Source: Vicugna vicugna (taxonomy: Eukaryota). Taken from it: DNA of 64,000 nt. The notes under the pieces are model-generated. The model had not been told where the DNA came from. It did no database searches and saw only the letters and a list, made by a program, of their open reading frames with translations. A program made the position numbers and the translations under genes. Below, in pieces: positions 1 through 12,072 of this stretch; position 1 is the stretch's first letter; every line of letters starts with the position of its first letter. The stretch lies in the NCBI GenBank assembly GCA_013265495.1, contig MU058482.1, positions 344,962-408,961 on the forward strand. The letters run 5' to 3'.

Positions 1-911
1 CTTCACGAAAGTAGTAAACAAGGTTGTTATGCAAATTGGGTCTAATAACTCCAGACTCTGGAGTCCTGCTGAGCTTCAGGTCAGATTTTTGTCCCTCTAG
101 CTTGGAAGAGCCCAAAGCACAGGCAGTTCTCCCTCTCAGAGTGTAAGAGGCTCAGAACGGTGCTGCCATTAGGCTGCCAGACCAGAGTGGGAAATCCTGC
201 CCTGGGCAGACATCTGCCTACGTTGGGTAAAAACCAGATTCAGACTCTATTCCACTTTTCCACCCCAAAGTCCACCAAAAGCATGGTTCTATCTCTCCAC
301 TGCTCCCTCCAGAACAGCAAAGTCCCAGGGCGGAAGCAATTCCAGCTTACCTCTCTGACCTCCAGTCATCACCACGATCTAGGCTAGGTGATTCCTCTCT
401 CCTTTATTGCTTTTAAGAAACATTAAGATTTTTAAAAAATATATTAACTTTAGCTTTTCACTTGTCCTCAATAAGAGAGTTGGTCTGAATTACCTAGTTT
501 GCCATTATTATAAAATGAAATCATGTCTACTATTCATTGTAATACAAAAGCCTTGCCTTATTTTAAAAGAAACTTGGATTGACATCACAAATGAGCCAAT
601 CACACTTCTCTTATTTCTTTGTAACCATAATTCACAAGACCCTGGAGTGAACTGAAATTTTAAACTTGCTAGCTAACTAAACTGGCTAGTTAGCTAGCTA
701 GCTTTCAATACATATAAAGCTACTTTCTTTGAGAATTACAGCTTGGTTGGCCTAATCAGGATACTTGTAATGTAAAACTGAGCCTAGGGTCTTCAGTACT
801 AATTTTCCATGAAAAGTTCAGCAATGCAAAATGAAGGAAGAAAGTAAGTAACTGGCTTGATAACATAATTCAACAATTACACAGCAAAGTCATACTTTAA
901 AAAGACAATAC

Positions 912-1047
912 CATTCACAGGATGTAGGGCTTCCTTCTGTATCCGTGCTGAATGGGCTGATATCATTTCCTCTTCCTTTTGCTGAGTTTTCAAACCACCA
1001 TCTGCAGAGATCTTAAGCCCTGAGAATTTCCATTCAGTGTAGTTCAC
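912..1047 (-). CDS. RPGRIP1: RPGRIP1 coding exon 19 in window (VNYTEWKFS...LHPVN), 136 nt; gene continues beyond position 1
   Basis: Translation resembles human RPGRIP1 QVNYTEWKFS...LHPVN; CAG acceptor at 1050-1048, GT donor at 911-910; phase 0->1. Confidence 0.93.
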
Positions 1048-1059
1048 CTGTTTCAGATT

Positions 1060-1232
1060 CAAATAGAATTATATATAAGTATATTGTATAATTATAATAA
1101 TCTAATAGAATTAATAAAATTAATATCACATATTATTAATTATATAACACAACAGAAATAATAATGTAATTATATAATTATGTAGTCATATTATAATATA
1201 TTTATAATCTCTCTATATATGTAAGATATATT
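1060..1232. repeat. AT-rich low-complexity tract
   Basis: Near-continuous TA/TAA/TAT repeats. Confidence 0.8.
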
Positions 1233-1593
1233 TTAGGCTACATAGTAACTTTAATCCAGTTTACCACAAAGAAAAGACAGCATCAAGCACATAAGCAAGT
1301 GTTCAATAAATACTTGTTCTTTATTTTGATTACAGTTGAAGTGGCCTGGTTAGGACTGTGGTACTAAAGCATAAGCATAAACTGCAGAGTCCATAATCTG
1401 TTGAATTAAATAACACTGAAATGAAGTGAACAGTTCAGAGGTTTATTAAACTATTCACATTTTGTGGAAACACATGCTAGCCACAAAAAGCCACGATTAT
1501 TGCTTATCTTGTGTGCCTGCTTCTATCTCTGAGAATAATACATGGAGATGCTACAACTCATATTTTAGTTCTTCAGGTTTTCCAAGGCCTTAC

Positions 1594-1797
1594 CTGTAGT
1601 GTATTTCCATTTAAGATGTTACGACTAAGATACTCCATTCTGTTCTTTCCTTGGATGCCTGTTCTTTTGCCATGTTTTCTTCTTGAGTAGGCTGCAACCT
1701 GGTGTTCCCTTTCCTTTATTTGTCCCACCTGAGGAAGTTTTCCCTTAGCTTGATACTGGCCAGTTTCAGTAGGAATCTCAGCAGATACCATCTGGTC
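1594..1797 (-). CDS. RPGRIP1: RPGRIP1 coding exon 18 (DQMVSAEIP...NGNTLQ), 204 nt
   Basis: [19 protein letters not shown] matches RPGRIP1; TAG acceptor, GTAAG donor; phase 0->0. Confidence 0.94.
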
Positions 1798-2089
1798 CTA
1801 AATAGAAGGATCACAGACAGTCTTACAAGATGATAGTTTAACAGCCTTGATATGCAAGAAAGGGATTTTTGAGCTAGAAATTTCATTTCTCTCCTGCCAT
1901 AGAGCTGAGAGATGTCATCTCTCTCTCCTCACCACCCAGGGTTTTGCTCCATCAATAGCTTCATGGCATTATAAGGGATGTAGATTAAATTTGCAAAACA
2001 CATGCCATTCACAGAAGGAATTTCTTTTATGCCAACTTTAATACAGTCTTCCTCAAATCCTCTCTACAGGATTGGTGGAGATCTGCTAC

Positions 2090-2271
2090 CTGAGGAGGAA
2101 AGGCAGCTTTTTTCTCTTCAGTTGTGGTCTCTAAACTGTCCTTGGTGTTCTTCTTACTCTTAGCTTCTGGTTTCGGGAAGCTCTCTGGGGGCAGGTAGCA
2201 AGACTTCCAATCCAAGTGCACCTGAACAGATCCATTAGGTTTCCCTGCAGGGTCAGTGAGGTTAAAATCAC
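2090..2271 (-). CDS. RPGRIP1: RPGRIP1 coding exon 17 ([22 protein letters not shown]...FPPQ), 182 nt; end of second C2 domain
   Basis: ORF 2027..2284 matches RPGRIP1; CAG/GT boundaries; phase 1->0. Confidence 0.95.
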
Positions 2272-3560
2272 CTGAGAAACACACAGATTATTAATAAGAT
2301 CCAACCACATGAAACAGACAAGTGAGTATCAGCACCTTATCTACTACCTCCCCATTTTGAATTTTATCATACTTCACCTGTAATTAATTAACATCATCAA
2401 ATAATCATAATACTCTCAGAAGTAACATAATTTGTAAATCAAATATGCTTCAGTAGAAAAAAGTAACAAAATATCAGTAAATATCTATATCACTCAGAAT
2501 ATTCACTCAGAATATAAGAATATTTATAGGGGAAGACGGGCATCTCCAGGTTTCAGGAAGGGATAGTTAAAAGATGCACGAAGAGGTATAGCTTGCTTGT
2601 TGTCAGTCACCCAGCCAATAAACAAGAGCACGTTCTTATTACTGTTACCAAATGGTTGTTATGCCTTAGGAATACCAATAAAACCATTATCTACACTCAA
2701 GTGGTCCCTATTTCTAAAATAACAAAAGCTAAGAAAACTTAAGCAAAATGGCTTTTTCCAAATGCCAGACTTCTGATTAATTTAACAGATGGCTCACATT
2801 ACCTCTTCTCTTTGGCAAAGAAAGAGTTGTGAACAGAAGTGTCAGCTTTTTTTTCTTTTTTTGTTGGGGTAGGGGGCGGGTGAGCAGGGCACCTGTAATA
2901 CTGGGAGGAGCGAGGCCTCACACACTTCCTGGAACAGCCAGAAGCTTGTTACACATGGTTGGTACCTGGCTACACCCATCCACACTTCCTAATGGGACTC
3001 CACTGCCTCCCGCTCCCAGGACTGCAACCAGAGAGCTGACCCTGGGGATGAACATATGATAAAATAGTACAGAGTTCAGCTCCATACTGGGAAAAGTATC
3101 CAAGAAGTCTGTCTTTGTCATGATGTGGCATGGAACTCTAACTGTGCCTAATGTTTAAAAGAAGTGAGAGAATAACAGGGGAGGATTAAGGACACAGTTT
3201 ATAATCTGATACCTAGTCACGCGCTAAGAAACAATCGGTCTTAAGTAAAGACGATTACTGGGATAATTACTACATAGATGGAAAATGTTGGTTCAAACAT
3301 AGAGGTATGAACTTCATATTGGTGGATCTACCCACTTGGGAATCTTGCTTCTGTTGCTGAAAAGAAGTAGAAGAAGCCAATGTTTCCATATAATCAGTGA
3401 GGTTCTAAGTCTTCTACTCTGTCGCTCTTGACAATATTTTCAAATCCCTTCAGCAGGTTTTAAGAGAGACTGTTCCAAGCAAGTAATCAAAGAGCAGAGT
3501 TAGGACAGGGAGACACCACTGGGCAGAGAGCATAAAGACGTAATAACCTTGAACTCCCAC

Positions 3561-3906
3561 CTGTAATGGATTTGTTTTGTGCAAGAGGAAGCAAGGGCAC
3601 TTGGACGTGGCCAAGGTAAGAGCCAGGCTCTGGGTCTTCATCATCAAAAATGTACACAGACAGGGCCTCCTGCCTCAGATACTGATCCAGGTCAGAAGTC
3701 ATGAGCACTGGGAATCGAGCCTGGTCTCTGAAGTAGGGATTGTTACTGGCTGGGATGATGGTGGTGTCATGGTCAGAAAAGGTAAAGAAGCGATACATGG
3801 CGTATGGACTGGGTTGGGCTCCCAGCTGCCGTCGACTCCGGAGGCCGTAGCATCGGATGATTTGCACCCGCAGCTCATTCTGACGCTTGCAAGTCTCTGA
3901 TCTGGA
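3561..3906 (-). CDS. RPGRIP1: RPGRIP1 coding exon 16 ([14 protein letters not shown]...QNKSIT), 346 nt; second C2 domain
   Basis: [36 protein letters not shown] matches RPGRIP1 C2; CAG/GT boundaries; phase 0->1. Confidence 0.96.
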
Positions 3907-4364
3907 CTGAAAAGATGTTGGTCTTGAATTGAGGAAGAGGGCTGGCTGAGAGAGTTGTTGCTGGTGAAGCCCATCACCCTTGATGAGGAAGAGCTATGAC
4001 CTAGAGAACTGCTGACTCCTGACTGGGTGTCACAGAGAAACCTAATTAGTGACTTCCACCCGCCTGCAAACTGGCTCTGGCAGACAATTACCTGAGGGAG
4101 ATGCTGGCACTCAGACCTTAACTTAGAGAATGGAACGGAGAAGCTGTTTTGTTCACCGCAGGGCGAGAGGTAGCTAGCTCCCAGGGCATGATTTCATTTC
4201 AAATTCAAGCGTGACCAAGGGAAGAATCTGGACTAGTTGTGGTGTGACAGTTTTTCTTTCATTCACATTCAACAAGTACTTATTGAGAGTGGAAGACTGA
4301 GCTGTTCTCATGAGCTGCTTGGCTGAGTCTCCTCTGAGATGCATGGGCACATCCTTTTTCTCAC

Positions 4365-4516
4365 CTCGTCCTCCTGGGCCTCCCAGGCTCCAAGCACATT
4401 GGCTGACAGGTAGGCCCGGGCTTTCTTTCGCTTATTGTATGCCTGTAGGCTGGATCTTATGGGGAAGCGCAGCCTCATCCAGTACTCTAGCACCCCGAAG
4501 TCTTCTCCACCAGCTC
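4365..4516 (-). CDS. RPGRIP1: RPGRIP1 coding exon 15 ([18 protein letters not shown]...QEDE), 152 nt
   Basis: Matches RPGRIP1; CAG acceptor, GTGAG donor; phase 1->0. Confidence 0.96.
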
Positions 4517-4678
4517 CTGGGTAGCAGAAAGTACGAAAGGCATGGAGGATACAGATGGTATGGCGAGGATCGAGAATAAAGGCAGAGGAAGAAAACGGGA
4601 AACCACCAGAAGAGCAACTAGACACTTGGGACAATTCCACACTAGTCCTGGGAGCTGTGGGAAGCTGAGAGCACTTAC

Positions 4679-5131
4679 CAATAAGTGTGACAGAGCCATG
4701 GACCCTCTCCACAGTTTCTAGCACCCTGTCAAAGCAAATCCATCCAGCTGCAAGGGTGTGGTGCTCACTGGCTATAGCCTGGTGTAGATCAAGCTGGGCT
4801 GAAGCCCCCTGAAGGTAGCACAAGAAGAGGGAATCTGTCTCTACCGCATACTGGGATGTGAAGTCATAGAGGGGCTGCGGCCCCACAGCTAGTGGGGTAC
4901 AGTGGGTTTCAAAGTCATAGAAGGAATAGGTGCAGAAAGTGGTCGGTTGAGTGTCTCCAGCCTGAGCCAGGGCAGCAGATGTCAGGAAGGCCTGGTGGAT
5001 GTGCAGTTCAAAAAGATTCTCACTCTGATGCCATGGAGAAATGTCCACTGTATCCTCATCTCCATGGGCTTGCAGTGGTTCCAGACATAATGACAACTGT
5101 CGGGTGCCATAAGCCACATCTTTGAGCTGTT
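4679..5131 (-). CDS. RPGRIP1: RPGRIP1 coding exon 14 (QLKDVAYGT...SVTLI), 453 nt; first C2 domain
   Basis: [38 protein letters not shown] is the RPGRIP1/RPGRIP1L C2N signature; TAG acceptor, GTAAGT donor. Confidence 0.97.
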
Positions 5132-7130
5132 CTAGAGGAGAAAGAAAACTGCCTATCCATTAAAGGGTACAGAGCTCTTCCTTAGGGTAAAGGAGGGTGG
5201 ACAGAAGGAGAACAAAAACAATGGTGGAAGTTCAAGTGTGACTATTTCAAGAAACCATGTGATTCGAAAAGAAAATCATCAGAATGACAACTAGGCGCTT
5301 TGGATTCTGATGGTGAAATGACCCAATGCTTGCTTTAGGGATAAGGCACAATATGAGTGATTGAAAAGTAAATGCTAAGCTCAGGAAAACACTGGAGGCA
5401 CAATTTCATCTATAGATGACATTGTTTTGGCTTATGGCAAGATCCTATGAATTAACTGATAAACCCATTAGAGAAGCAATAGAAACACAAAATGTGAATA
5501 TTTCCAAAAGTTTGGCATATTGGCCATGGAGAGAATAGCAAGTTATGGTCCATGGTGTCTATTACATTACACTGGGCCCCACTATGATGATTCCGCTTCT
5601 CCAGCCAGATCAATCACAAGGATCTTCATTCTGTTAAGAATTTGATTTCATTGTAATAAGGCGAAAAATCCACTTTAAGTCAAAGAGTAATGTAGTAAAA
5701 AGTAGGAGAGGGCACTTTCTGGAAAGAGGTTGAAAATATTGGTAATAGGATGTAAAGCTATGTAAGACAGTCTACTAAATCTGTGCATTACCTCCCACAT
5801 CCAACCAACCAGAAACTTTGATATACAGTCTGCTTCAAATCGGGGAGTATTTGAGTCGTCACAGTGTGTTGATGGTGAAGGTCCTATTTTAAGAGTTAAG
5901 GTAGCAGAATAAAAATATTTTGGATACATCAGAATGTCTTCCTGCCCAAAATAAATGGAATACAGAGGTTGAGGAATGGTTTCTTAATTGATAAGATTAA
6001 TATAACTAAATAAAATATATTTAAAAATTTGCATTACATGACACAGTTAATAATGTTAAGCATACAAAGAACTTCTACAAATTAAGAACATATTATTAAC
6101 AAATGAGTAAAGGACAGGAACAGGCAAGTCTCCAAAGAAATAATATAAATAACTGGTAAATACATGAAAAACTCTTTAGCCTTAGCAGCAATGAAAGAAC
6201 TAAGTTAAAGCAAATGAATCTTCAGAAGTAGGTAATGGTATTATTTATCCTGCACTGTCCTGGGAGAAAGACCCCATAAATCTGAAAATCATGAGAATTT
6301 CAATCCAAAAGATTTCCTTTGTTACATGGCAGGGACCTTTGGACAGACACCCTGGCATGCATAAATCATGCCCCAGAACAACCTATCTCCCTTTACTCTA
6401 GTTCCATGCTCACTAAGTGACCTTGTTTTAGATTCTGCTTTCCAGAGCCACTATCATAAAATAATAAATGAATATTCTGGTGTAAATATCAGTCTTCAGT
6501 GAATCTGGTTAGTATGAGTCAGATCTCTCACCACTCGGCATTATTATACCCAGCTACAAACAAACAGAGCCAGTTTTCTCAATACGCATGGCTGGGACCA
6601 GATCCTGGTTGGCGGTGACTGTACTAAATACAGGAAGTGTCACATTTATGAAATTTGCATTAAGTTCCTAGCCAGCTGCCCTGTTATGTAGACATCACCA
6701 AACTGTAACAAAGAATTCAGGGACTTTTAGAGAGAAATCACAGAAAAGGATGATGAGAAATGAGTGATGAAGCTCTATTCTCTCACAGAAACTGCTCTAG
6801 AGGCCTGGGCTGAGGAAACAATCCTGAGAGGGAGAGTAACACCGTGAGGGCCAACAGTGATATACTCTTACTCTCAAAATAGATTCAGCAGTTTCTGGGT
6901 CCTGTTGAAACTCTCCAGAGAAATCAGGGAAAAGACACTGACATGATGGAGGGAAAGAAGCTGCTAACCTTGTACTAGAACAACCAAGATGACAGGATAA
7001 AGAGCAGGAGGGATAAGTCATATACCGAGTACAAAAGAGGGGGGCCCTCTAGACAGGTGCACGGAGGGGAGCACAGGCATTTAGCTGTGTGATAGGTCCC
7101 AAGTGAGGTGAACAAAGGACTAAGACTTGC

Positions 7131-7281
7131 CGGATATCGGAAGGCCATGGCTTCTTAAAATACCTTCCAGCTGATTGATACGACTGTTCTTGAGATCTAG
7201 GAGTCGATTCAACCTCTCCAGTTTTTCTTTGTGATTCTTATTTTCATTATCGGCTTTTGTCATCGTTGCCTCCAGTTCCTC
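7131..7281 (-). CDS. RPGRIP1: RPGRIP1 coding exon 13 (EELEATMTK...SHGLPIS), 151 nt, GC donor; alternative in-frame GT donor shortens it to 7164-7281
   Basis: Matches RPGRIP1; CAG acceptor; G|GCAAGT at 7130-7125 and G|GTATTT at 7163, both phase 1. Confidence 0.9.
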
Positions 7282-7699
7282 CTGAAACGAAATCATGTCT
7301 GAACTTTCCTGTTTCAATGGCCAAGAACCAAAGAGCCCAGATAAAATGGTGGCATTTGCAGGGGAAAGGAGACTCAGCTCTCTCCTTAGCAGGGCAGATG
7401 CATCTACTAGAAAAAGGCCTGGGTTCCTCACAGATCCTTCCGGGATCAGTTTTGCTATTAGTGCCGTTGGTTAAAATTTGAACTCACAAGCATCACACTT
7501 GCCATTTTCATTAGCTAGCCCCTTTACTGGCTTCTACACCAAGGTGCCGTGGGCATGTGTGAGTCCTCAAGCTCTTCAAAGGAAAGTGTATCACCTTGCA
7601 ACAGCCCTGGAAACTTGGGTCTTGCTTCAATCCCAGGCTTGTAAGTGGTCCCCAGGTGCCCACTTATCTATCCCCTTCCAGTACCATCTTTTCTTGCAC

Positions 7700-7843
7700 C
7701 TGATAACACATGTTGATTTTGCGCTGCAGAATAAGCATGTCTCTGGTCTTTTCTAATTCCAATGTGGTCTCTGCATGCGATACTTGCAACTCTCTTAACA
7801 TCTGGGACAGCTTCCTTTCTTCTTGTTTTTTGGGTTCACAGGG
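7700..7843 (-). CDS. RPGRIP1: RPGRIP1 coding exon 12 ([48 protein letters not shown]), 144 nt
   Basis: Hand translation of minus strand; [22 protein letters not shown] motif; TAG/GT boundaries. Confidence 0.95.
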
Positions 7844-8303
7844 CTACAGAGTGAAAAGCATTGGAAAAGGCGGGTATAAATATGATAGGAACAGTTATAA
7901 CTATTCTTTATAAAGCTGTTGGTAATGTTAAAATACCAGCAGCAGAATACACTCCAAAATGTAAGCAGTCCTGAGTTACTTCACAAGTGTTCTCTCCCCT
8001 AGTTCCTCATGTTCAACAGCAGCAGTAAGTTATACAGCCCTCAATGGCTGTTTGCTCTTTAGCAGATAATTTCAAGTCCTCATCTGAAAAAGGTTCTAAA
8101 TTTTATGAGTTCTACAGTGTAGAAAAAGTCTGTAGAGCTCATGAGGCTATCTCTACTCTCAGTCTTCTCATACCTTTCCAAATATTGTCCTCAATCAGGA
8201 CAAAATGTTACTCAGTTTGTTTTCTAATCCTTTCATGTTTTCAAGGGATATTTGCCAGCCATCCCCCTGCAGAGGGGACTTGCTTAATTTAAGATGCTCT
8301 TAC

Positions 8304-8464
8304 CTCTATCTGAACAGTCTCCTGGAATAGAACTGGGTGAGTGGCTGGCTCAGATTGCCTGTCAGGAGATTGGGAAATTGTGTCTTTATTTTGGAGTTCC
8401 TCTACTTCCTGCTTATGCTTCTGAAGCAGATTGGTGACTTCGAGCTTCAGATCCTTGTTTTGAG
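8304..8464 (-). CDS. RPGRIP1: RPGRIP1 coding exon 11 ([10 protein letters not shown]...TVQIE), 161 nt
   Basis: ORF 8289..8483 matches RPGRIP1; CAG acceptor, GTAAG donor; phase 1->0. Confidence 0.95.
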
Positions 8465-9685
8465 CTGGAGGAAAAAATAACACAGAAAGTTGAAACTCCG
8501 TGGTTACCAGTAACCATGTTAAAGTTGGACAGGGTGTGAATTAAATTTTCCCACTAGTTTTGATTCATTTTATTAACTGGCCCTTAGTGAAGTAATTCTC
8601 TCTCTTACAAAGGTGTTCTAGCTTACTGACCCTGAGTTGATACTTAGACTCCAAAAACATAATAAAAAAACAGCTGCAGAACTGCAGTATGGAAGGAAGA
8701 GCAACAGCAACAACAAACACCAGAGCCACCTGACCGACTGGGACAGTCCAGACTTCCTGACAGCACCATGTGAATCAGTATCTCCCCAACTCCATTCTGA
8801 CTTCTATGCTACTGGCTCGCTGTGACACCCACCTCCTCACCCACCCTGACCTGGAGGGAGGGAGGCTGGGCATTTGAACATTTCTGTGTGTGTGTGTGTT
8901 TGTGTATGTGTTTCAGGAAACAAAGGTAATCAGTGTTTAGTGTGATTATTTCTGTACCATGCAGTAGAGAGGTTAAATTAGATTGCCCTAAAGGCTTCAC
9001 AAGACTCCACTTGTACTACAAGATCCTTGGCATGAGCGCCTAAGCTCTATCCTTTTATGGTTCCTGCCCTTATTTTCCTTGATTTCTTTTCCTTCAACTC
9101 TTTTACGTGCATATACTAGAATCTGCTGAAATACAAATTTGATAAGACCAAATATCAAAGACTAAGTCCAGGCTAGCAAAAAGAAGGGTGTCAAAGGTCT
9201 CTGATGGTATTTTAAAATCTTCAGAATAGCTACTGTGATCCAAGAATTAAGAAAGGGGAAATGGCAGTGGTAACCAAGAACAATAATTTGCTTCTCGATT
9301 TCAGGTATCAGGTGCTAAAACAGAACAAAACAAAACAATCCCAAATGACCCTAAAATGACTGATAAGAATAAAAGGCAGAACAGTTCACTTTCAATACTT
9401 TCAGTAAATAAAGTGAATGCTTAAAAACATTATAAAGTAAGAATTGGCACCTTCTCACATGGAAAGTCATTATGTAGGGAGAAGTCTACGTGTGAGGTAG
9501 GTGTCAAGCTTTCTTGACTGTGAATCTTATCTGACTGTCAGTATTCTTATTCTAGTTACCCAAGACCCACGCAAAAAGAGAATCAAGTGTCAGGATTGGA
9601 GAAACGCTGGCCCCAGCTCCCTCCCCCGAAACCAGATGTAGAGGATCCCTCCTTTGAGAGGGCTCTTGAGAGAGCTTTGACCTAC

Positions 9686-9831
9686 CTTTCTCCCTGGACA
9701 GCTGAAGTAAGATGTTCTTCTTCTCCTCCAGCTCAGCATCCAGCTGATCCTGCAGCTGAGAGACTTTCTGCTGTAGCTGTTCTCCTACAAGCTCATTGCT
9801 CCACTGAGACTGATTGCTGCTGTCCAGCATG
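9686..9831 (-). CDS. RPGRIP1: RPGRIP1 coding exon 10 ([14 protein letters not shown]...LSREK), 146 nt
   Basis: Matches RPGRIP1 coiled coil; CAG acceptor, GTAGG donor; phase 2->1. Confidence 0.95.
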
Positions 9832-11378
9832 CTGAAAATGGGAAGCAAGTGAGGGGGGAGGGGAGAGTTGTCAGATGGACACTCAAAGGTGTGTGATATG
9901 ACGTCTTTATTACACAGTTTCAGCATCTCCTGGGCCTAGTTCACCATTCATTTCCCTGCATGTTTTTTCTGCCCCTGCTTTCTCTGTAACTGTCATTCAC
10001 CAACTGTCTTGGAACTTTTGGGTCCTACTGAAGAGCTGCTTAGTATCACTTCTGTTTAGGTCTTGAAGATCCCACTGAGGAAGCTACACACATCATATCT
10101 ATTCCCAAGGGACTTCTCCAGCATGATGGCTTTCTTTAGGCGGGGAACTGGCCTGCTGGATTAAAAATGAGAAACAGAATATTCCCATTTTCCTCACTCC
10201 ATTCATTTGTCTACCATCATCAATGGCTAGTTTAGAGAAAACCTGCCTTTGAACTAGATTGTAAATTACTACACTGAAGGGCAGGAACTAAACTCTTCAA
10301 TGACTGTTCCCTGTGGTCTGTATCTAGTGGTCAGGGCAGACCCATCTTGAGTGTAAAATGCACATTGCCAGTTCTTGATTATTTACACAAGTGAAGTGAC
10401 ATTGATAATCAAGCAATCATTTCTGTTTATGTCTTTGTCCTATTTATTACTTGAATAAATGTGGTCTACAAATAACTTGTTTAAGCCAGTATTAAGATTT
10501 CTTGGCACTTCCTGACATGATGATCCAAGAAGATAATGTTATAAATAATGAAGGGAAGAGGCCAATAGCCATCTTTGCCACAGGGAGTCTTCAAAGTGGG
10601 TAATCCCCACACTACCTTATTTCTCTGAGTTGAAGAGCATCAGCTGTTCCCAGGATACTCCCAAACAACCTCCCCAATCTACCCGCTGCTGCCGTTCACT
10701 GAATCAGAAGATATATTTAATTTTTTTAACTTCCAGGTATTTTTAGCTTCAAAAGTAATACATAAATATATGCTCACTGTGAAAATTTTAAATTATATAC
10801 AAGTATATAGAATAAAATGAAGGTGCCTCTTTGACCTATTTCAATCCTTTCATCTCATTAAGTTTGTGGATACACACACACGACATAAATTAGGTCACAG
10901 TTAACACATCCTTTTGCAATATGATTTTTCTTTTAACAATATATCTTAGGCATATGGGTCTACCTCATTTTTAACAGCTTTACACTGTTTCTTTGTGGGG
11001 ATGCAACATGATTTATTTAGGCAATCCCTATCAAAGGAAATTTGGATGGTTTCTATTTTTTATTTTACTATTACTAATTAAATTAACAAGGCAATAATTA
11101 ACATTCTTAACATTCTTATCTTTGCATACACATAATATTTCTTTAGTTTTGATTCCAAAAAATGGAATTATCTGGCACAAAAGAGATGCATGTTTAAAAT
11201 TCTGATAGTGTCAAATTCCCTTCCAAAAAGACCCTGTTTATTTATATTCTCACTGACAGTATTGGTACTATTTCCCTGTATCCTTATCAAAACTAGGTAT
11301 TTTTTTAAATTTGGAAGGTAATTTTCTACAATTATCTTTTATAATAAACAATGCTCTGAGATCCAAATTCATACTCAC

Positions 11379-11452
11379 TTTTCTAAGAGTTTGTCATAAT
11401 TGTCATTCAGCAATTTTCGTTCTTTTTCCAAATCTTCAACTCTCTCCTGAAA
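11379..11452 (-). CDS. RPGRIP1: RPGRIP1 coding exon 9 (FQERVEDLEKERKLLNDNYDKLLE), 74 nt
   Basis: Hand translation matches recalled human peptide; TAG acceptor, GTGAGT donor. Confidence 0.95.
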
Positions 11453-11925
11453 CTAAGAATGACATAGAGTGCCTGAGATGTGATTTTCCAATCTAGAGCC
11501 TTGCATACATTCTCCCTTCTCTGTTGCAGGGTAGGACTCAGGTGGGATAGTTTCTATGTTTGTCTCCCACATCTGTGAGGATCCATTTGACCATAAAGAC
11601 TTGAACCAACTGAAGGTGTGATAGAAAATTTTATTGGAATTAATGAAAATTCTCTGAATTAAATTTTCATGATATCTGGGTTTATACTATTAGGGAAGCA
11701 GTAGGACATTATAACAGAGTGTAGACTTTGGAGACAGACATAAGTATAAATCCTAGTTTTTCCCCTAATGGTGCAATCTTGAGCAAATTACTTAACCACT
11801 TGGCACCTCATTTTTCTCATTTGAAAAAATTAAATACCCATACTGTTGCTAAGATACACTTTTTGACATCTCTGAAATTGGACTGTAACATACAATTGTA
11901 TCTTTCAATTATTATTGTTACTTAC

Positions 11926-12072
11926 CTCCTTCAGTGTTATCTGCAGGATGGACACATCCTCCAGTTGGCTCTTCAAGCTCACAGCCTTCTTGCTCTCCTC
12001 CTTCAGCTCTGCCCTGAGCTCATTCACTTGGCTGAGGAGGGCATCATGGGCTGCACCCAGGATTCCCTCATT
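11926..12072 (-). CDS. RPGRIP1: RPGRIP1 coding exon 8 ([13 protein letters not shown]...ITLKE), 147 nt
   Basis: ORF 11905..12108 matches RPGRIP1; CAG acceptor, GTAAGT donor. Confidence 0.95.

Noticed and set aside
2893..3041. Possible cryptic cassette exon in an RPGRIP1 intron
   Set aside because: Weak pyrimidine tract and donors, in-frame stop, no homology support
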